From: a virus
Lineage: Duplodnaviria; Heunggongvirae; Uroviricota; Caudoviricetes
Reading direction: 5' to 3' (one strand)
IMG/VR virus record: IMGVR_UViG_3300021400_005610
DNA length: 64,000 nucleotides
Part shown: positions 29,311 through 40,500 of the stretch, piece by piece
Layout of the letters: every line of letters begins with the position of its first letter
How positions within the stretch are numbered: the first letter of the stretch is position 1
The notes under the pieces: model-generated
Seen by the model: only the letters and a program-made list of their open reading frames with translations
Database searches by the model: none
Told to the model about the DNA's origin: nothing
Program-made: the position numbers and the translations under genes

Positions 29311-31410
29311 ATGGGCTTGAAACAGGATATCGTGGTAAGGAGTCGTTTTTCTGTACCGTCAAGCCCTGGTCACGGTTCAAGAGGCGGTACTCCAGGCGAG
29401 TTTATTATGAGATACATGTCTCGTCCGACGGCTATTGAGAATATTATGCCGACACGTGTGTCTGAGGCTGAAGAGGCTTTGCATCGTTTTGAAGTGCGAG
29501 ATGCAGCTTCGAAGGAAGAGGACGATGTACCGTCTATTCGACATCGTATTCGTAAGTCCCAGAAGAAAGGTGGCGTAGCATTTTGCAATGACGATCCGTC
29601 ATTGTCTGACGCAAAGTTAAAGGTCGTCAGTAAAGAAATGCAAGACCGTTTTGATCGAGGACATACTGCCATTGAAACGATTATTTCGTTTACGGATGAT
29701 TATCTTCGTGATAATGGCGTTTTGGATCCAGATGTTGTATTAGAAAAACCTGGTGATTTTGCAGGGCATGTTGATCAATTGAAATTGCGTAGAGCCATTA
29801 TGAATGGCATGGATAAGCTTGGTCGCAATTTTGATGATTTGCGATATGTTGGTGTTATTCAGGTAGATACGAAGAAGATACATTGTCATATCGTAATGTC
29901 TGATTTCGGTTATGGTCGTCGTATGGATGATGGTTCGCAAAAAGGTAAGTTATCTTCTAAGGATAAGATGACGATTCGTCGTGGTATTGATACCTTTTTG
30001 GACGATAAGCAGTCCGTGCGTATGATGAGTAGTTCGGTAATGCATGATAAGCGTAATGCTTTATGTTATATCAAACGATTTACGCATAAGACTATGGCAC
30101 AGCAAGGTTTGCCACAATTTTTGTTAGCTTGTTTGCCTGATAATCGAAATTATTGGTCTGCAAATTCTAATAGACAAGAGATGCGTAAGGCAAATGCTAT
30201 TGTTCGAGAATTTGTTTCGGACATTTTGCAGCCTGTAGGCCAGCAACCTTCACCAATGTATCGAAAAGCACATCAGAGTATCGTAGATTATGCAGATACA
30301 AGAAAGGCTCGTGAGGGCATTTCGGATGATGAGTACATGAAGTTGATACGTGATGGTGAAGAGCGTTTGATTACGGATTGTATGAATGGTGTGTATTCGG
30401 TTTTGAAACAGATTCCAAAGGAACAGATGACTGTACGAACACCGATGCTGGAGGCTATGTCGATGGATTATGAATCCATGGCAATGGCTGTGCAATCTCG
30501 AACAGTTGAAGATCCGATGATGGAATTTGGTTTTAAGTTAAGGTCTTATGCAAGTCGTTTAGATTATCATAGGCGTGAATATCATCGGTTTAAACAGGAA
30601 TACGAGGAATATGAGAATACGCCTGATAAGAGCGAAGAGTCAAAGGCTCTTGGCGATCATCTTGCATTAGAACGTGATTATCAGATGATGTTGATGGTTA
30701 AGTATCAACATTTCCTGACTTTCTTGCCACCAGATGATGATTTCGAAGATGATTTTGATGCTTTGATGAAACAGCAAGAACGTATCGTTAAGATGGATCA
30801 GATGGGGCGAGACCCTTCGTTTATGAGGATGGGAACGATTGCAGCGGATAATTATGGTTTATCTGTATATGGTATTCCGCGTGGATCGATGATTAAGTCT
30901 CTTCCAGCGGTTTGGGAACGACGTGTGGAAAATGAACAGCACAAGTATGATGCGATGCTTAGTTCATTTAATGATAAGTTACTTGATGCTGGTTTACATT
31001 TCGATGGTAAAGGTGTTACGAAGGAAAAGGCGTTTCCGTTTGATGATGTGAAAGCGTTAGATTTACATCATCTTGGATATGATTTTCCAACAGATATTAT
31101 GATTAGTAAACGAAATATCGATCGTTTTGTAGAAGTGGCGAATCATCGTTACCAATCATTCTTGGGAGCAAAAGAGTATCTGGAACGTACAGGTCAGTCG
31201 GCTGGCTTGTCTGCTTTGTTAGACCGTGATGTTATGGTCATGAAGGAAATGGCCGATAAGTTTAGTGCAGGTGATTACAGATTGACATCGGTTAGACCGA
31301 ATGAAGGTCTGTCACATGACGGTTCGACGGTACGTCTCGGAGTTGATTATGCAACGAATATGCGTGAAGCTGTGCGTTCAACGGTTGAAGCTACTCGTGT
31401 ATTTGAATAA
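29311..31410 (+). CDS. conjugative relaxase (MOBP/MOBQ-like nuclease domain)
   Basis: N-terminal Tyr-containing region MRYMSRP. The motif-III-like stretch VIQVDTKKIHCHIVMSDF matches the H/QxDTxxxHxH pattern. GAGGTG RBS. Confidence 0.6.
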   Translation: MGLKQDIVVRSRFSVPSSPGHGSRGGTPGEFIMRYMSRPTAIENIMPTRVSEAEEALHRFEVRDAASKEEDDVPSIRHRIRKSQKKGGVAFCNDDPSLSDAKLKVVSKEMQDRFDRGHTAIETIISFTDDYLRDNGVLDPDVVLEKPGDFAGHVDQLKLRRAIMNGMDKLGRNFDDLRYVGVIQVDTKKIHCHIVMSDFGYGRRMDDGSQKGKLSSKDKMTIRRGIDTFLDDKQSVRMMSSSVMHDKRNALCYIKRFTHKTMAQQGLPQFLLACLPDNRNYWSANSNRQEMRKANAIVREFVSDILQPVGQQPSPMYRKAHQSIVDYADTRKAREGISDDEYMKLIRDGEERLITDCMNGVYSVLKQIPKEQMTVRTPMLEAMSMDYESMAMAVQSRTVEDPMMEFGFKLRSYASRLDYHRREYHRFKQEYEEYENTPDKSEESKALGDHLALERDYQMMLMVKYQHFLTFLPPDDDFEDDFDALMKQQERIVKMDQMGRDPSFMRMGTIAADNYGLSVYGIPRGSMIKSLPAVWERRVENEQHKYDAMLSSFNDKLLDAGLHFDGKGVTKEKAFPFDDVKALDLHHLGYDFPTDIMISKRNIDRFVEVANHRYQSFLGAKEYLERTGQSAGLSALLDRDVMVMKEMADKFSAGDYRLTSVRPNEGLSHDGSTVRLGVDYATNMREAVRSTVEATRVFE

Positions 31411-31448
31411 TATAATGATATTTGATTTTATAAAGGAGGATATGAAAT

Positions 31449-32558
31449 ATGCCGTGGTTAATTATCATTCTGGTGCTGATTATTACGGTTATCGCATTTA
31501 ACGTTCGAATTGTTCCGCAGGCGAATTGTTTCGTTATCGAACGTCTTGGTGAATATCATGCGACGTGGAATGCTGGTTTGCACGTAAAGATTCCTATCAT
31601 TGATCGCATTGTTCGTCGAGTCAATTTGAAGGAACAAGTGCTGGATTTTCCACCTCAGCCTGTTATTACAAAAGATAACGTCACAATGAATATTGATTCT
31701 GTTGTGTATGCACATGTTTTTGATCCAGCAAAATTCCAGTATGGTATTGTTGATGCAAGAGTTGGTTTAATGAATCTGACTGCTACGACTTTGAGAAGTG
31801 TTATTGGTGAAATGGAATTGGACCAGACCTTGTCATCTCGTGCAGAAATTAATAGTAAGATGCAGACCATTCTTGATGAAGCTACAGATAACTGGGGTTT
31901 GAAAGTTACTCGTGTTGAAATTAAGAATATTCAACCTCCGAAAGAGATTGAAGAGGTCATGACGAAGCAGATGCGTGCTGAGCGTGAACGTCGTCAGACG
32001 ATTTTGGAAGCACAGGCTCACCAGGAAGCTGTCGTTTCGAGAGCAAAGGGTGATAAGGAGGCTAAGGTGCTTGCAGCTGAAGCTGAGAGAGATGCTCAGA
32101 TTGCATTGGCAATTGGTCGTGCAGAGGCCATCGAAAAGATTTCGATTGCTGAAGCGGCTAGTTTGAAGCGTCTTGCTGATTCTGGTATGACACAGGAAGT
32201 TCTTCGTCTGAAGTCTATTGAAGCAATGAAGGATATTGCTGATGGTCAGGCAACAAAGATTTTTATTCCGAATGATTTGGCTAATAATTTAGCTACATTC
32301 GGTGTTATGGGCGATATGCTTGGTACTACTAAGGATATGCCGTCTCAGCCGAGAGCACAGGTTCGTCGTGATGCAGTTGCGTCTGCTGCTCGTGCATCTG
32401 TGGCTGAGGATGATTGCATCAAGTCTGGTACGACTGCAGCGTCCCGTTCGGCAGCTAATGTGAATGCTCATAATGATGCTGTTGCATCGTTGAGATCACA
32501 GAATCCAAATAGTCGTCCCATTTCACAATCTCCGTCATCTAAATATTTAGATAAGTAA
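31449..32558 (+). CDS. SPFH/band-7 (stomatin/HflK-like) membrane protein
   Basis: N-terminal TM, then a VIERLGEYHATWNAGLHVKIPIIDR...TKDNV SPFH signature. The C-terminus is a coiled coil. AAAGGAGGA RBS. Confidence 0.85.
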   Translation: MPWLIIILVLIITVIAFNVRIVPQANCFVIERLGEYHATWNAGLHVKIPIIDRIVRRVNLKEQVLDFPPQPVITKDNVTMNIDSVVYAHVFDPAKFQYGIVDARVGLMNLTATTLRSVIGEMELDQTLSSRAEINSKMQTILDEATDNWGLKVTRVEIKNIQPPKEIEEVMTKQMRAERERRQTILEAQAHQEAVVSRAKGDKEAKVLAAEAERDAQIALAIGRAEAIEKISIAEAASLKRLADSGMTQEVLRLKSIEAMKDIADGQATKIFIPNDLANNLATFGVMGDMLGTTKDMPSQPRAQVRRDAVASAARASVAEDDCIKSGTTAASRSAANVNAHNDAVASLRSQNPNSRPISQSPSSKYLDK

Positions 32559-32720
32559 TTTTTCGGTGTTGTATAGACGGATTGGGTTTAGTTTTATACT
32601 AAACCCGTCCGTCTTTAGAAAAATTGTTGATATATCAGTTTGATTGTGTTAAAATGGGGGAGATGGCAATTGTGCTATAGATGTTTGGATAGGCCGAATT
32701 ATCCGAAAGGAGTATATTTC

Positions 32721-33200
32721 ATGCTTAAAAGGGTATTAGCATTTATCCTGTGTTGTTTGATGATTGTATCATTATCAGCATGTGGAAATGATGAACCAAA
32801 AACAAAAGAATATGCGATTACGAATAGTCTTGGTACACAAATTGATGTTTCTCTTTTAGTAGGACTCGGAACCAAAGTTAAGACAGAAGGCGATTCGATT
32901 TCTATTTCGACTCGGGCTGGTGATGTTAAAGGTAAAGCTCTTACATTTGAGGATATTAATTCGTATCGTGTAGATCATTATAATGATATGGATTTTTTTG
33001 AATACACCATAAATGGTTTCGATTGCTTTGGTTATGGCGGCGAAGGTGATGGTGCGACGGCATTTACGCATGTTATTGTCGTAAGTGATAACGCTGGTGT
33101 TATCTTAGTTGCATCAAGCCAAGACGCTATGTATGACGCTGAAGCGACAGTAACCTTTAGTGTTGAGGGCGCTGTAGCAAGTACAGAAAGTGAGTCCTAA
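32721..33200 (+). CDS. lipoprotein, hypothetical
   Basis: The signal peptide has an LSAC lipobox. GAAAGGAG RBS. Confidence 0.6.
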   Translation: MLKRVLAFILCCLMIVSLSACGNDEPKTKEYAITNSLGTQIDVSLLVGLGTKVKTEGDSISISTRAGDVKGKALTFEDINSYRVDHYNDMDFFEYTINGFDCFGYGGEGDGATAFTHVIVVSDNAGVILVASSQDAMYDAEATVTFSVEGAVASTESES

Positions 33201-33341
33201 GAGTTTCTTGTTATTTTTTCTTTATGATAATAAGATTTCTTTGATTTATGAGTTGATTTTAAAAGCAATTCATGATAAAATAATGAGTAGTTACAAGGAA
33301 TTGTTCTTTGTATTAGTGATATAAGGAGTGGGAAACGGCAT

Positions 33342-35144
33342 ATGATTTTTGATAGAAAATTTCCGCGTGATGCTGATGATAAGCCGTTATATCCGTTTCT
33401 GGAAACCTATACGTCGCCTGTAAAACGGGCTGAGAGAGAGATTGTTGGACGTGAAGTAGAGAAAGCAAGAGTTATGGCTGCTATGCAGCGTCCTGAATTG
33501 TGTAACGTTATTCTCTTGGCTGAAGCTGGTTCTGGTAAAACGGCATTGGTACAAGGTATTATGTTAGATGATCCTGACAGGTATTATCTGGAAGTAGACT
33601 TGTCCCATATGATTGCCGATTTGCGTGATAAGAACCAAATGGCTGATAAGTTGAAAAATCTTTTTGATGAAACTCAGCGATACTGTAAGCAAGAGTCTTG
33701 CCAAGTAGTTCTGTTTATAGATGAGTTTCATCAGGTTGTAGAACTTTCTCCTGCAGCCGTTGAAGCACTGAAGCCTTTGTTGGCTGATTCAGGTACACGT
33801 GGTATTCGTGTTATTGCCGCCACGACGTTCGTAGAGTTCCGTAAATGGATTTCACCTAACCAGCCGTTGGTTGAACGTTTGCAGCGTATCAATTTGGAAC
33901 CACCGTCAAAGAAGATGGTTGTAGCCATCTTAAGGGGTATGGCGAGACGCTATGGTGTTGAGCAACAATTCTATAATGATATGCTCTTTGAAGATATATT
34001 CGATTTAACAAACCGATATATTCCTGCTAACGCACAGCCTCGTAAGTCCATTCTTGTGTTGGATGCTATGGTTGGTTGGTACAGGTACAGCAGACGTAGG
34101 CTTGATAGGAAACTGTTAGCTGATGTTATTTACGAATCTGAGGGCGTTAATATCGCATTCCGTGTGGATGCAACAAGGATTAAGCAAGAACTGGATGCGC
34201 ATGTGTATGCACAGGAACTTGCATCAACTATTATTCAAGATCGTTTGCAGATTTGTGTTGCGGACTTGAATGATAAGAGTAAGCCAATGAGTTCGTTCCT
34301 GTTTACAGGATCTACTGGTGTCGGTAAAACTGAAATGACGAAACAGTTGGCTCAGATCTTATTTAATGATAGTCGTAGATTGATTCGTTTCGATATGACG
34401 GAATATGCTAATGAGAGTTCGCTTGATTTGTTCCGTCATGAGCTTACGAACCGTGTTTGGGAGCGTCCTTACAGTATTATTCTGTTGGACGAGGTTGAAA
34501 AAGCTTGTGCTCCTGTTACACGTATTCTTTTGCAGGTATTGGATGATGGTCGTTTGACTGACGAAAATAACCGTGAGGTGCCATTTGTCAACTCATATAT
34601 TGTTATGACCACGAACGCAGGTAATGAGGTTTATAAGGACATTGCACAATACGCGGCATCTGATACAGGTTCGGGTGAGAACCTGAAGAAATATGAGAAG
34701 TTAATTCGTAATTCAATCAGTCAGACAACGGGTGACAATAGGTTCCCGCCTGAATTGTTAGGACGTATAGACTGTATCGTTCCGTTCCAGCCGTTGTCAG
34801 AAAATACACAGAAACTGATTGTTAAGAATAAGTTGACCAAGCTGAGAGACCAGGTTAAAGAGAAGCATGGTATCGAGCTGAAGATTAAGGAACGTATTGT
34901 AGACTATATTGTCAAAGACAATTTGGATACAGAATCTGACGCTGGTGGTGCTCGTGCTGTTATTTCCAAACTGGAATCTGAAGTGGTTACAGCGGTCGCA
35001 CAGGCGATTAACACTTATCCAGATGTACAGGCATTACTGATTGATTACGAAGGTACGCCTGCTTATCAGAACAAGCATCAGCTTGAGTCATCTGCACGTA
35101 TTGTGGTGACACCTGTTACAGTTAATTCTGCGGCACGCAGATAA
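33342..35144 (+). CDS. ClpA/ClpB-like AAA+ ATPase with two NBDs but lacking N-terminal and middle domains
   Basis: NBD1 Walker A LLAEAGSGKTAL and Walker B LFIDEFHQV. NBD2 Walker A FLFTGSTGVGKTEMTKQLAQ and Walker B ILLDEVEKA. It is only 600 aa. Confidence 0.7.
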   Translation: MIFDRKFPRDADDKPLYPFLETYTSPVKRAEREIVGREVEKARVMAAMQRPELCNVILLAEAGSGKTALVQGIMLDDPDRYYLEVDLSHMIADLRDKNQMADKLKNLFDETQRYCKQESCQVVLFIDEFHQVVELSPAAVEALKPLLADSGTRGIRVIAATTFVEFRKWISPNQPLVERLQRINLEPPSKKMVVAILRGMARRYGVEQQFYNDMLFEDIFDLTNRYIPANAQPRKSILVLDAMVGWYRYSRRRLDRKLLADVIYESEGVNIAFRVDATRIKQELDAHVYAQELASTIIQDRLQICVADLNDKSKPMSSFLFTGSTGVGKTEMTKQLAQILFNDSRRLIRFDMTEYANESSLDLFRHELTNRVWERPYSIILLDEVEKACAPVTRILLQVLDDGRLTDENNREVPFVNSYIVMTTNAGNEVYKDIAQYAASDTGSGENLKKYEKLIRNSISQTTGDNRFPPELLGRIDCIVPFQPLSENTQKLIVKNKLTKLRDQVKEKHGIELKIKERIVDYIVKDNLDTESDAGGARAVISKLESEVVTAVAQAINTYPDVQALLIDYEGTPAYQNKHQLESSARIVVTPVTVNSAARR

Positions 35145-35168
35145 ATTTAAAGAAAGGAATGTAAAGAA

Positions 35169-37442
35169 ATGGCACTTTTTGGTAAGAAAAACGCCGCTGC
35201 TGAAGCAGCAGAAGATTCTGCACAGGTTTCTTCTAAGGGCAAAGCCTCAAAGAAGAAGTCATCTGGCATGTCGCAGATTCTTCACGAGTCAGTTCTCGAA
35301 ACTGCGCTCGACAAGTTTAAGGAGAATGATGCGTTCATTCGCTATGAACATGGCGAACAGAAGTATGTGGGTCTTGTTCTCGATACCGCCGATATTGGCG
35401 GCTTAGATAAGAAGTCACGGAAAGATGAAGCTAAGGGTAGCATCATTGAATGCATTAACTCTGGTCGAATTCAGACTTATATCACACAGGACTTAATGGA
35501 TGCAGAGTGTATTTGTATCATTCCTGATGCAGGCACTTTGACTGCTATGGATGAGTTCAGTCTTTTGACTGATGCTCCATATGAGTTCTGTCAGGTTGAT
35601 GAATCTGGTGATATTGAGTTGCTGGGTGTGAAGACTACGTTCGCACAGGTGAGCGATCTGGTCGCAGATGACGGTCACATCGATGATATTCTCGGAGATT
35701 CTGATGATGATGCCTCTGGAGATGATGACGACGATTTTTTCGGGGCAGAGATGGACGACGCAAGCGCTACGTCTGGTAACACTGAAGTTCCTGCTGAGAC
35801 TGTAGAGGAAGATATCCCTGCGGAGGATGATATTCCTTCCGTTGATGATGATATCCCAGCATTTGATGATACATCAGCTGATGCATGGACTGCTCAGTCG
35901 TCGGATATGGGTGTTGCGGAAGAAGATGTTCCGCAGGAAGATGATGCATATGATCCATATGCCGCTGCTTTAGCTGCTGATGAAGTCCCAGAGCAGACTA
36001 TTCCTGAGGACTTTAGTAATCAGGTCGTTGTTCGTAAATTCTATTCTGAAGACCTTGGTCTTGAGGTTACGTCTGAGCCGTTTGATGCTCAGTTTATGCA
36101 GAGTAACCCGTATATTCCGTTTGAGGAACATCGTGGACCTGGTTGGATTAACGACCAGTTGAACGAGATGAGCCGTGCTGCTAATGTCGAGCTTGCGAGA
36201 TTGCATAGCGAGAACCAGTGGCAGATGCGTGAACGTTACTTCAAGCTTGTTTCTATGGCTTGTGAACGTATTCGTGAATCTCTTGATATTCACGATCCTG
36301 ATACACAGTATGGTCAGATGTATAATGGTATCGAAGCTGATAAGCGCGAAGCCATGGATGGCATTGACCGTCGTATCATGAAACGTAAGGAAGAGATTGA
36401 GACGAACTGGAGACAGCGTCTGCAGGAAGTCGGTATGGAAGCCGCTCGTGCTGCTCAGCATCAGTATCGTGAGCGTTATGGTCGTCAGCATGACCTTGAG
36501 ATTTATAATATTGAGGCTTCTGAAAAGGCCGCTATCGAAGATGAATATCAGGATGCTCTGCATGATATGTATGAGCGCCGTCGTATTGAGGCGGCTTCAT
36601 TGCTCGACCTGAATATCACGGAAGTTCTGGATGAGATTTCAGATATGTATCTGACTTCTCTTACTGACGAGAGACAGCGTTATAAGGAACTTGACGATGA
36701 GATGCGTAAGTTCGTTGACGATAATCGTCAGGATGATGTGGCTCGTAGTGCAGTTCTTGCTGAGGAGCTTCGTCAGAGCGAACGTGCCGATAAGGTTCTT
36801 GCAGAACAGACGGCTAAGATGCAGGCTCTCTCTGAGGAATATCGTCAGAAGAGAGAAGGTCTGCTTGAGGATATCGAACAGCTTAAGCGTGAGAATGCTC
36901 AGCGTATTGCTTCCCTTAAGGAAGATAACGATCATAACATGGAGCGTGCTGCTAACGAGCGTAAGGCTCTTGAAGCGAAGTATGATGAACTTCTTGATAA
37001 GTATCAGAAGCTCGATGCTACAAAGGATGCCGAGTATGCTACTCGTTTTGAGCAGATGCGTGATATGAACGATGCTCTTGAAGATAGATGTGATCATCTT
37101 ATGGAAGTTCATCGTCGTAGTAACCTTGTTTCTACCTTCCTTATTATCGCTATTGCGATTGCTACTCTGGCTATCGGCTTTATCGGTGGTGAGTATATTA
37201 ATACTCAGCATCAGACGAAGATGCAACAGCAGGAGATTCTTGACGAGTTCAAGACTAATCAGAATACGACTGTTGAGCCTTCTGAGTCTGAGGTTCAGAC
37301 CGATGAGAAGGTTGATGAGAAGAAGGTTGAAAATGCAGCTGATAGTGCTGAAGAGGCAAAGGATGAAGCAAATTCTGATACAGAGGATGCTGCTGATGCT
37401 CAGCCCGAAGCCAATGAAGCTGATGCCGAAGGTCAGAACTAA
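35169..37442 (+). CDS. acidic coiled-coil protein with C-terminal TM anchor, hypothetical
   Basis: 757 aa. An Asp/Glu-rich N-terminal third is followed by a long coiled-coil region and the TM LVSTFLIIAIAIATLAIGFIGG near the C-terminus. Confidence 0.5.
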   Translation: MALFGKKNAAAEAAEDSAQVSSKGKASKKKSSGMSQILHESVLETALDKFKENDAFIRYEHGEQKYVGLVLDTADIGGLDKKSRKDEAKGSIIECINSGRIQTYITQDLMDAECICIIPDAGTLTAMDEFSLLTDAPYEFCQVDESGDIELLGVKTTFAQVSDLVADDGHIDDILGDSDDDASGDDDDDFFGAEMDDASATSGNTEVPAETVEEDIPAEDDIPSVDDDIPAFDDTSADAWTAQSSDMGVAEEDVPQEDDAYDPYAAALAADEVPEQTIPEDFSNQVVVRKFYSEDLGLEVTSEPFDAQFMQSNPYIPFEEHRGPGWINDQLNEMSRAANVELARLHSENQWQMRERYFKLVSMACERIRESLDIHDPDTQYGQMYNGIEADKREAMDGIDRRIMKRKEEIETNWRQRLQEVGMEAARAAQHQYRERYGRQHDLEIYNIEASEKAAIEDEYQDALHDMYERRRIEAASLLDLNITEVLDEISDMYLTSLTDERQRYKELDDEMRKFVDDNRQDDVARSAVLAEELRQSERADKVLAEQTAKMQALSEEYRQKREGLLEDIEQLKRENAQRIASLKEDNDHNMERAANERKALEAKYDELLDKYQKLDATKDAEYATRFEQMRDMNDALEDRCDHLMEVHRRSNLVSTFLIIAIAIATLAIGFIGGEYINTQHQTKMQQQEILDEFKTNQNTTVEPSESEVQTDEKVDEKKVENAADSAEEAKDEANSDTEDAADAQPEANEADAEGQN

Positions 37443-37581
37443 TCTAAGTTGAATAGTTTGACACAATTGTTGAAAGTACGGAATTGTTGAGAGTACGGCG
37501 ACGGTGATCATAAATTGATGGTTGCCGCCGCCGTTTCTAATATGCTTTGTATTATTTTATGGGAAGGAGGCGCTGACAAAT

Positions 37582-40500
37582 ATGCCAAAGTCTACGTCGA
37601 ATTGGGACCGACTGCGTGGTAGGAATGTTCAAGACACGATGCAATTTCGTGACGTATATGAAGATCAGCAGCTTGAGCGTACCAGGATAGGCGAGAAGCA
37701 AACAATGACATCGCGTAATATTTTGAATGCGGTGTTGACTGTGGTTGTGTTCTTTGTGTCATATTATATGATTGGTATTGTAAAGGCCATATCGTCATAT
37801 CTGTATGGCTACGATCAGCAGTCACACTCGTTCGCATATTATGTCGGTCATTTCTCGTTCACTCGTGTATTAATCTGTTTGATTATTTCAGCAGTGTTTT
37901 ATGGCGTCATGTATTTGGTGCTGAAGCATAATTTGGATGTTCAGAACGGTACGTTAGATACATCTGATATTAACCAGTATCAGAACGACCAACATATTGC
38001 ATTGCCTGAAGAAATTCAGAGAAAATTCGACTGGTTCCCTGATGTCGGTGCTACATCTGATGTGCAATTTTCTTCTATGATTTCGCATTGTGCTTTAAGT
38101 AATAAAGGGTTGAATGAAGTTGAGGTTGCTCGTCGTGTTCCACAGGATATTAAAGATGATGATGGTGATGTAGTCTTATATAAAGGTGAGATTCTTCGTG
38201 ATGAAGATGATAATATCTTGTATGAGACGAAACCGATGATTGATATTGATTTCATGAATGCGTTGTATGACGCTTCAGGCTTGCCGAATGTCAAGGGTTT
38301 GCGTAAGTTCTATAACGCAACGATGATTCCTTATAATCCTGATAATAAAGACCGTGATAAGCTGAAAGGTTATGACACGGTCGCAGATTTGATTAACGGT
38401 GACTGGCAATTACCTGCTTACGAGCCGCAGAGACCAGGCGGAGCGTATCTGGTTGATACGGCACCTGTCAACACGATGGTGTTGGCTATTACTCGTGCTG
38501 GTAAAGGTCAGACGGTTATCGAGCCTACGCTCGATATGTGGACGAGAGAACGTAGACCAAATAATATGGTCATTAACGATCCTAAGGGTGAGTTGTTGGT
38601 TAAGTTCTATGTGCGTTCCACGGTGCGTGGTTTCCAAGTTGTTCAGTTCAACTTGATTAACGCTATGAAGACGGATATTTATAATCCGCTCGGTTTGGCT
38701 GCTGAGGCGGCTCGTGAAGGTGACTTTACGAAAGCTGCACTGTATGTTGAAAATATTGCGGACGTTTTCTTCCCTGTTGATGGCGGTGATGACCCTGTGT
38801 GGCCGAACGCTGCTAATAACGCATTTAAGCGTGCTGCATATGGTCTTATTGACTATTATCTGGAAGAAGAGAAAGAACTTCGTAGTTTCGCTGAAAAGAC
38901 CCGTATGGATGAGAAGGTTTTGGAAACAAAACTGGATGCTATGTGGGGCAAAGTCACACTGTATAATACCTATCAGTTATTCGTACAGTTGACATCCAGA
39001 AAGCTTAAGAACCCTGCTGTTGAGTTTACAAAAGACGCAAAGGCAGGTAAGTTCGACTCTATGTCGGATGAAGAATATCAGGACAAACTGGCAGAAGTAG
39101 AAGCCAAGTCGAAGTTGTGGGAAGATAAGCCAGAGGCTGACTTGTTGACGTTGTATTTTAATGCAACGGATACGCTTCCTACGAACTCAATGAGACGACT
39201 TGTTAGTAACGCTAACAATGCGTTGCGTTCAATGGCTGGTGCTGAAAAGATGTTGGCATCCGTTTACGGTATTGCTATTACGGCTATGTCGTTCTTTACA
39301 GACCCGACGATTTCAACACTTACTTCTGGTACTCCTTCGCAGAATGCTGACCTTCCAGGTTTGTCGTTCCCAAGAACATTTGGTATTCGATTCCATTCTG
39401 ATTTCTTGGCTAAGTACCATTTGATTGGTATGCAGGCACAGTGGATGTCTTATCATGATAAGGACTTCACACAAGAAATGGGTAAAGATTTCTACCACGA
39501 GGATACGATTTCTCGTGAAGGTTGGGCGAAATATTATTTCAAGGGCAAATATCCGAAGGATATTGCTTATGTGAGATTGCAGATTGTCAATCCACAGACG
39601 GGTATGTTAATTCGCTCCTTCTATTTCCAGTTCAAGAAGTCGTATCAGACTTCTTTGGATGCGAGATATTATATAACGGATCCTATTCTTGGCGATAAGA
39701 TCGTAAAGAATGGTGTTTTGGTTGAGCTGCGTCAGTTCAAAACGAAAGATGGTAAGATTGTCTATCGTAAAGCAAAGACTCAGTTCAAGCAAATGAAGAT
39801 TCCTGATGTTTTGACCAGTAAGCGTTTAGAGTCTGTAAATACAGTGGCAATTATCAGAACGCAAGTGCGTTACAGTGAGAAGCCAAAGATGGTGTTCCTC
39901 GTTACGCCTCCGCATTTGATGAAATACGCCAAATTGATTCTTATTTTGGTCAAACAGTTGGTTGACTTGAATTTTGATAAGTCATACATGACAAAGTCGA
40001 ATCAGAAACCTTTGTATAAGACACGATTCATGCTTGATGAGTTGGGTAACTTACAGTCTGAAGGACATGGTATCTCTGGTTTTGCTACGATGCTTTCCAT
40101 CGGACTTGGTCAGGAACAGCAGTTTACTTTGATTCTGCAGACGTTGCAGCAGTTAAGAGACGTTTACGGTGATTCTGTTGATAAGATTGTTCAAGGTAAT
40201 ACCTCGAACATCGTGTTCCTTAAGTCTACCGATGACTCGATGCTTGATACATTGCAGAAGATGTCTGGTACGACACATAGGACGTTCAAAGATAGTAAGA
40301 CAATTACGGTCGATAAAGAGCGTCTGTTTATGCAGAACGATCCGAAGCAGACTGTAACTATGACGACGAAGGAAGTTCCTGTTATTTCTTACAACGATAT
40401 GGCGTTTATTTCGGAACGTAACTCTATCGTGTTCCGTGCTGGCGATAGTCCTGTTTGGAACCGTAATGAAATGATTCTTCCGATGTCTTGGCGTCTGTTT

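Noticed and set aside
31301-31501. 66-aa ORF overlapping the relaxase end and SPFH start
   Set aside because: It uses ATG 31442, one nucleotide after the RBS. The SPFH gene's ATG 31449 has proper spacing, so this is most likely a frame artefact.
36639-37511. 290-aa minus-strand ORF and other ORFs inside 35169-37442
   Set aside because: They overlap the acidic coiled-coil gene on the opposite strand. Leu/Ile/Ser-rich low-complexity translation with no RBS.
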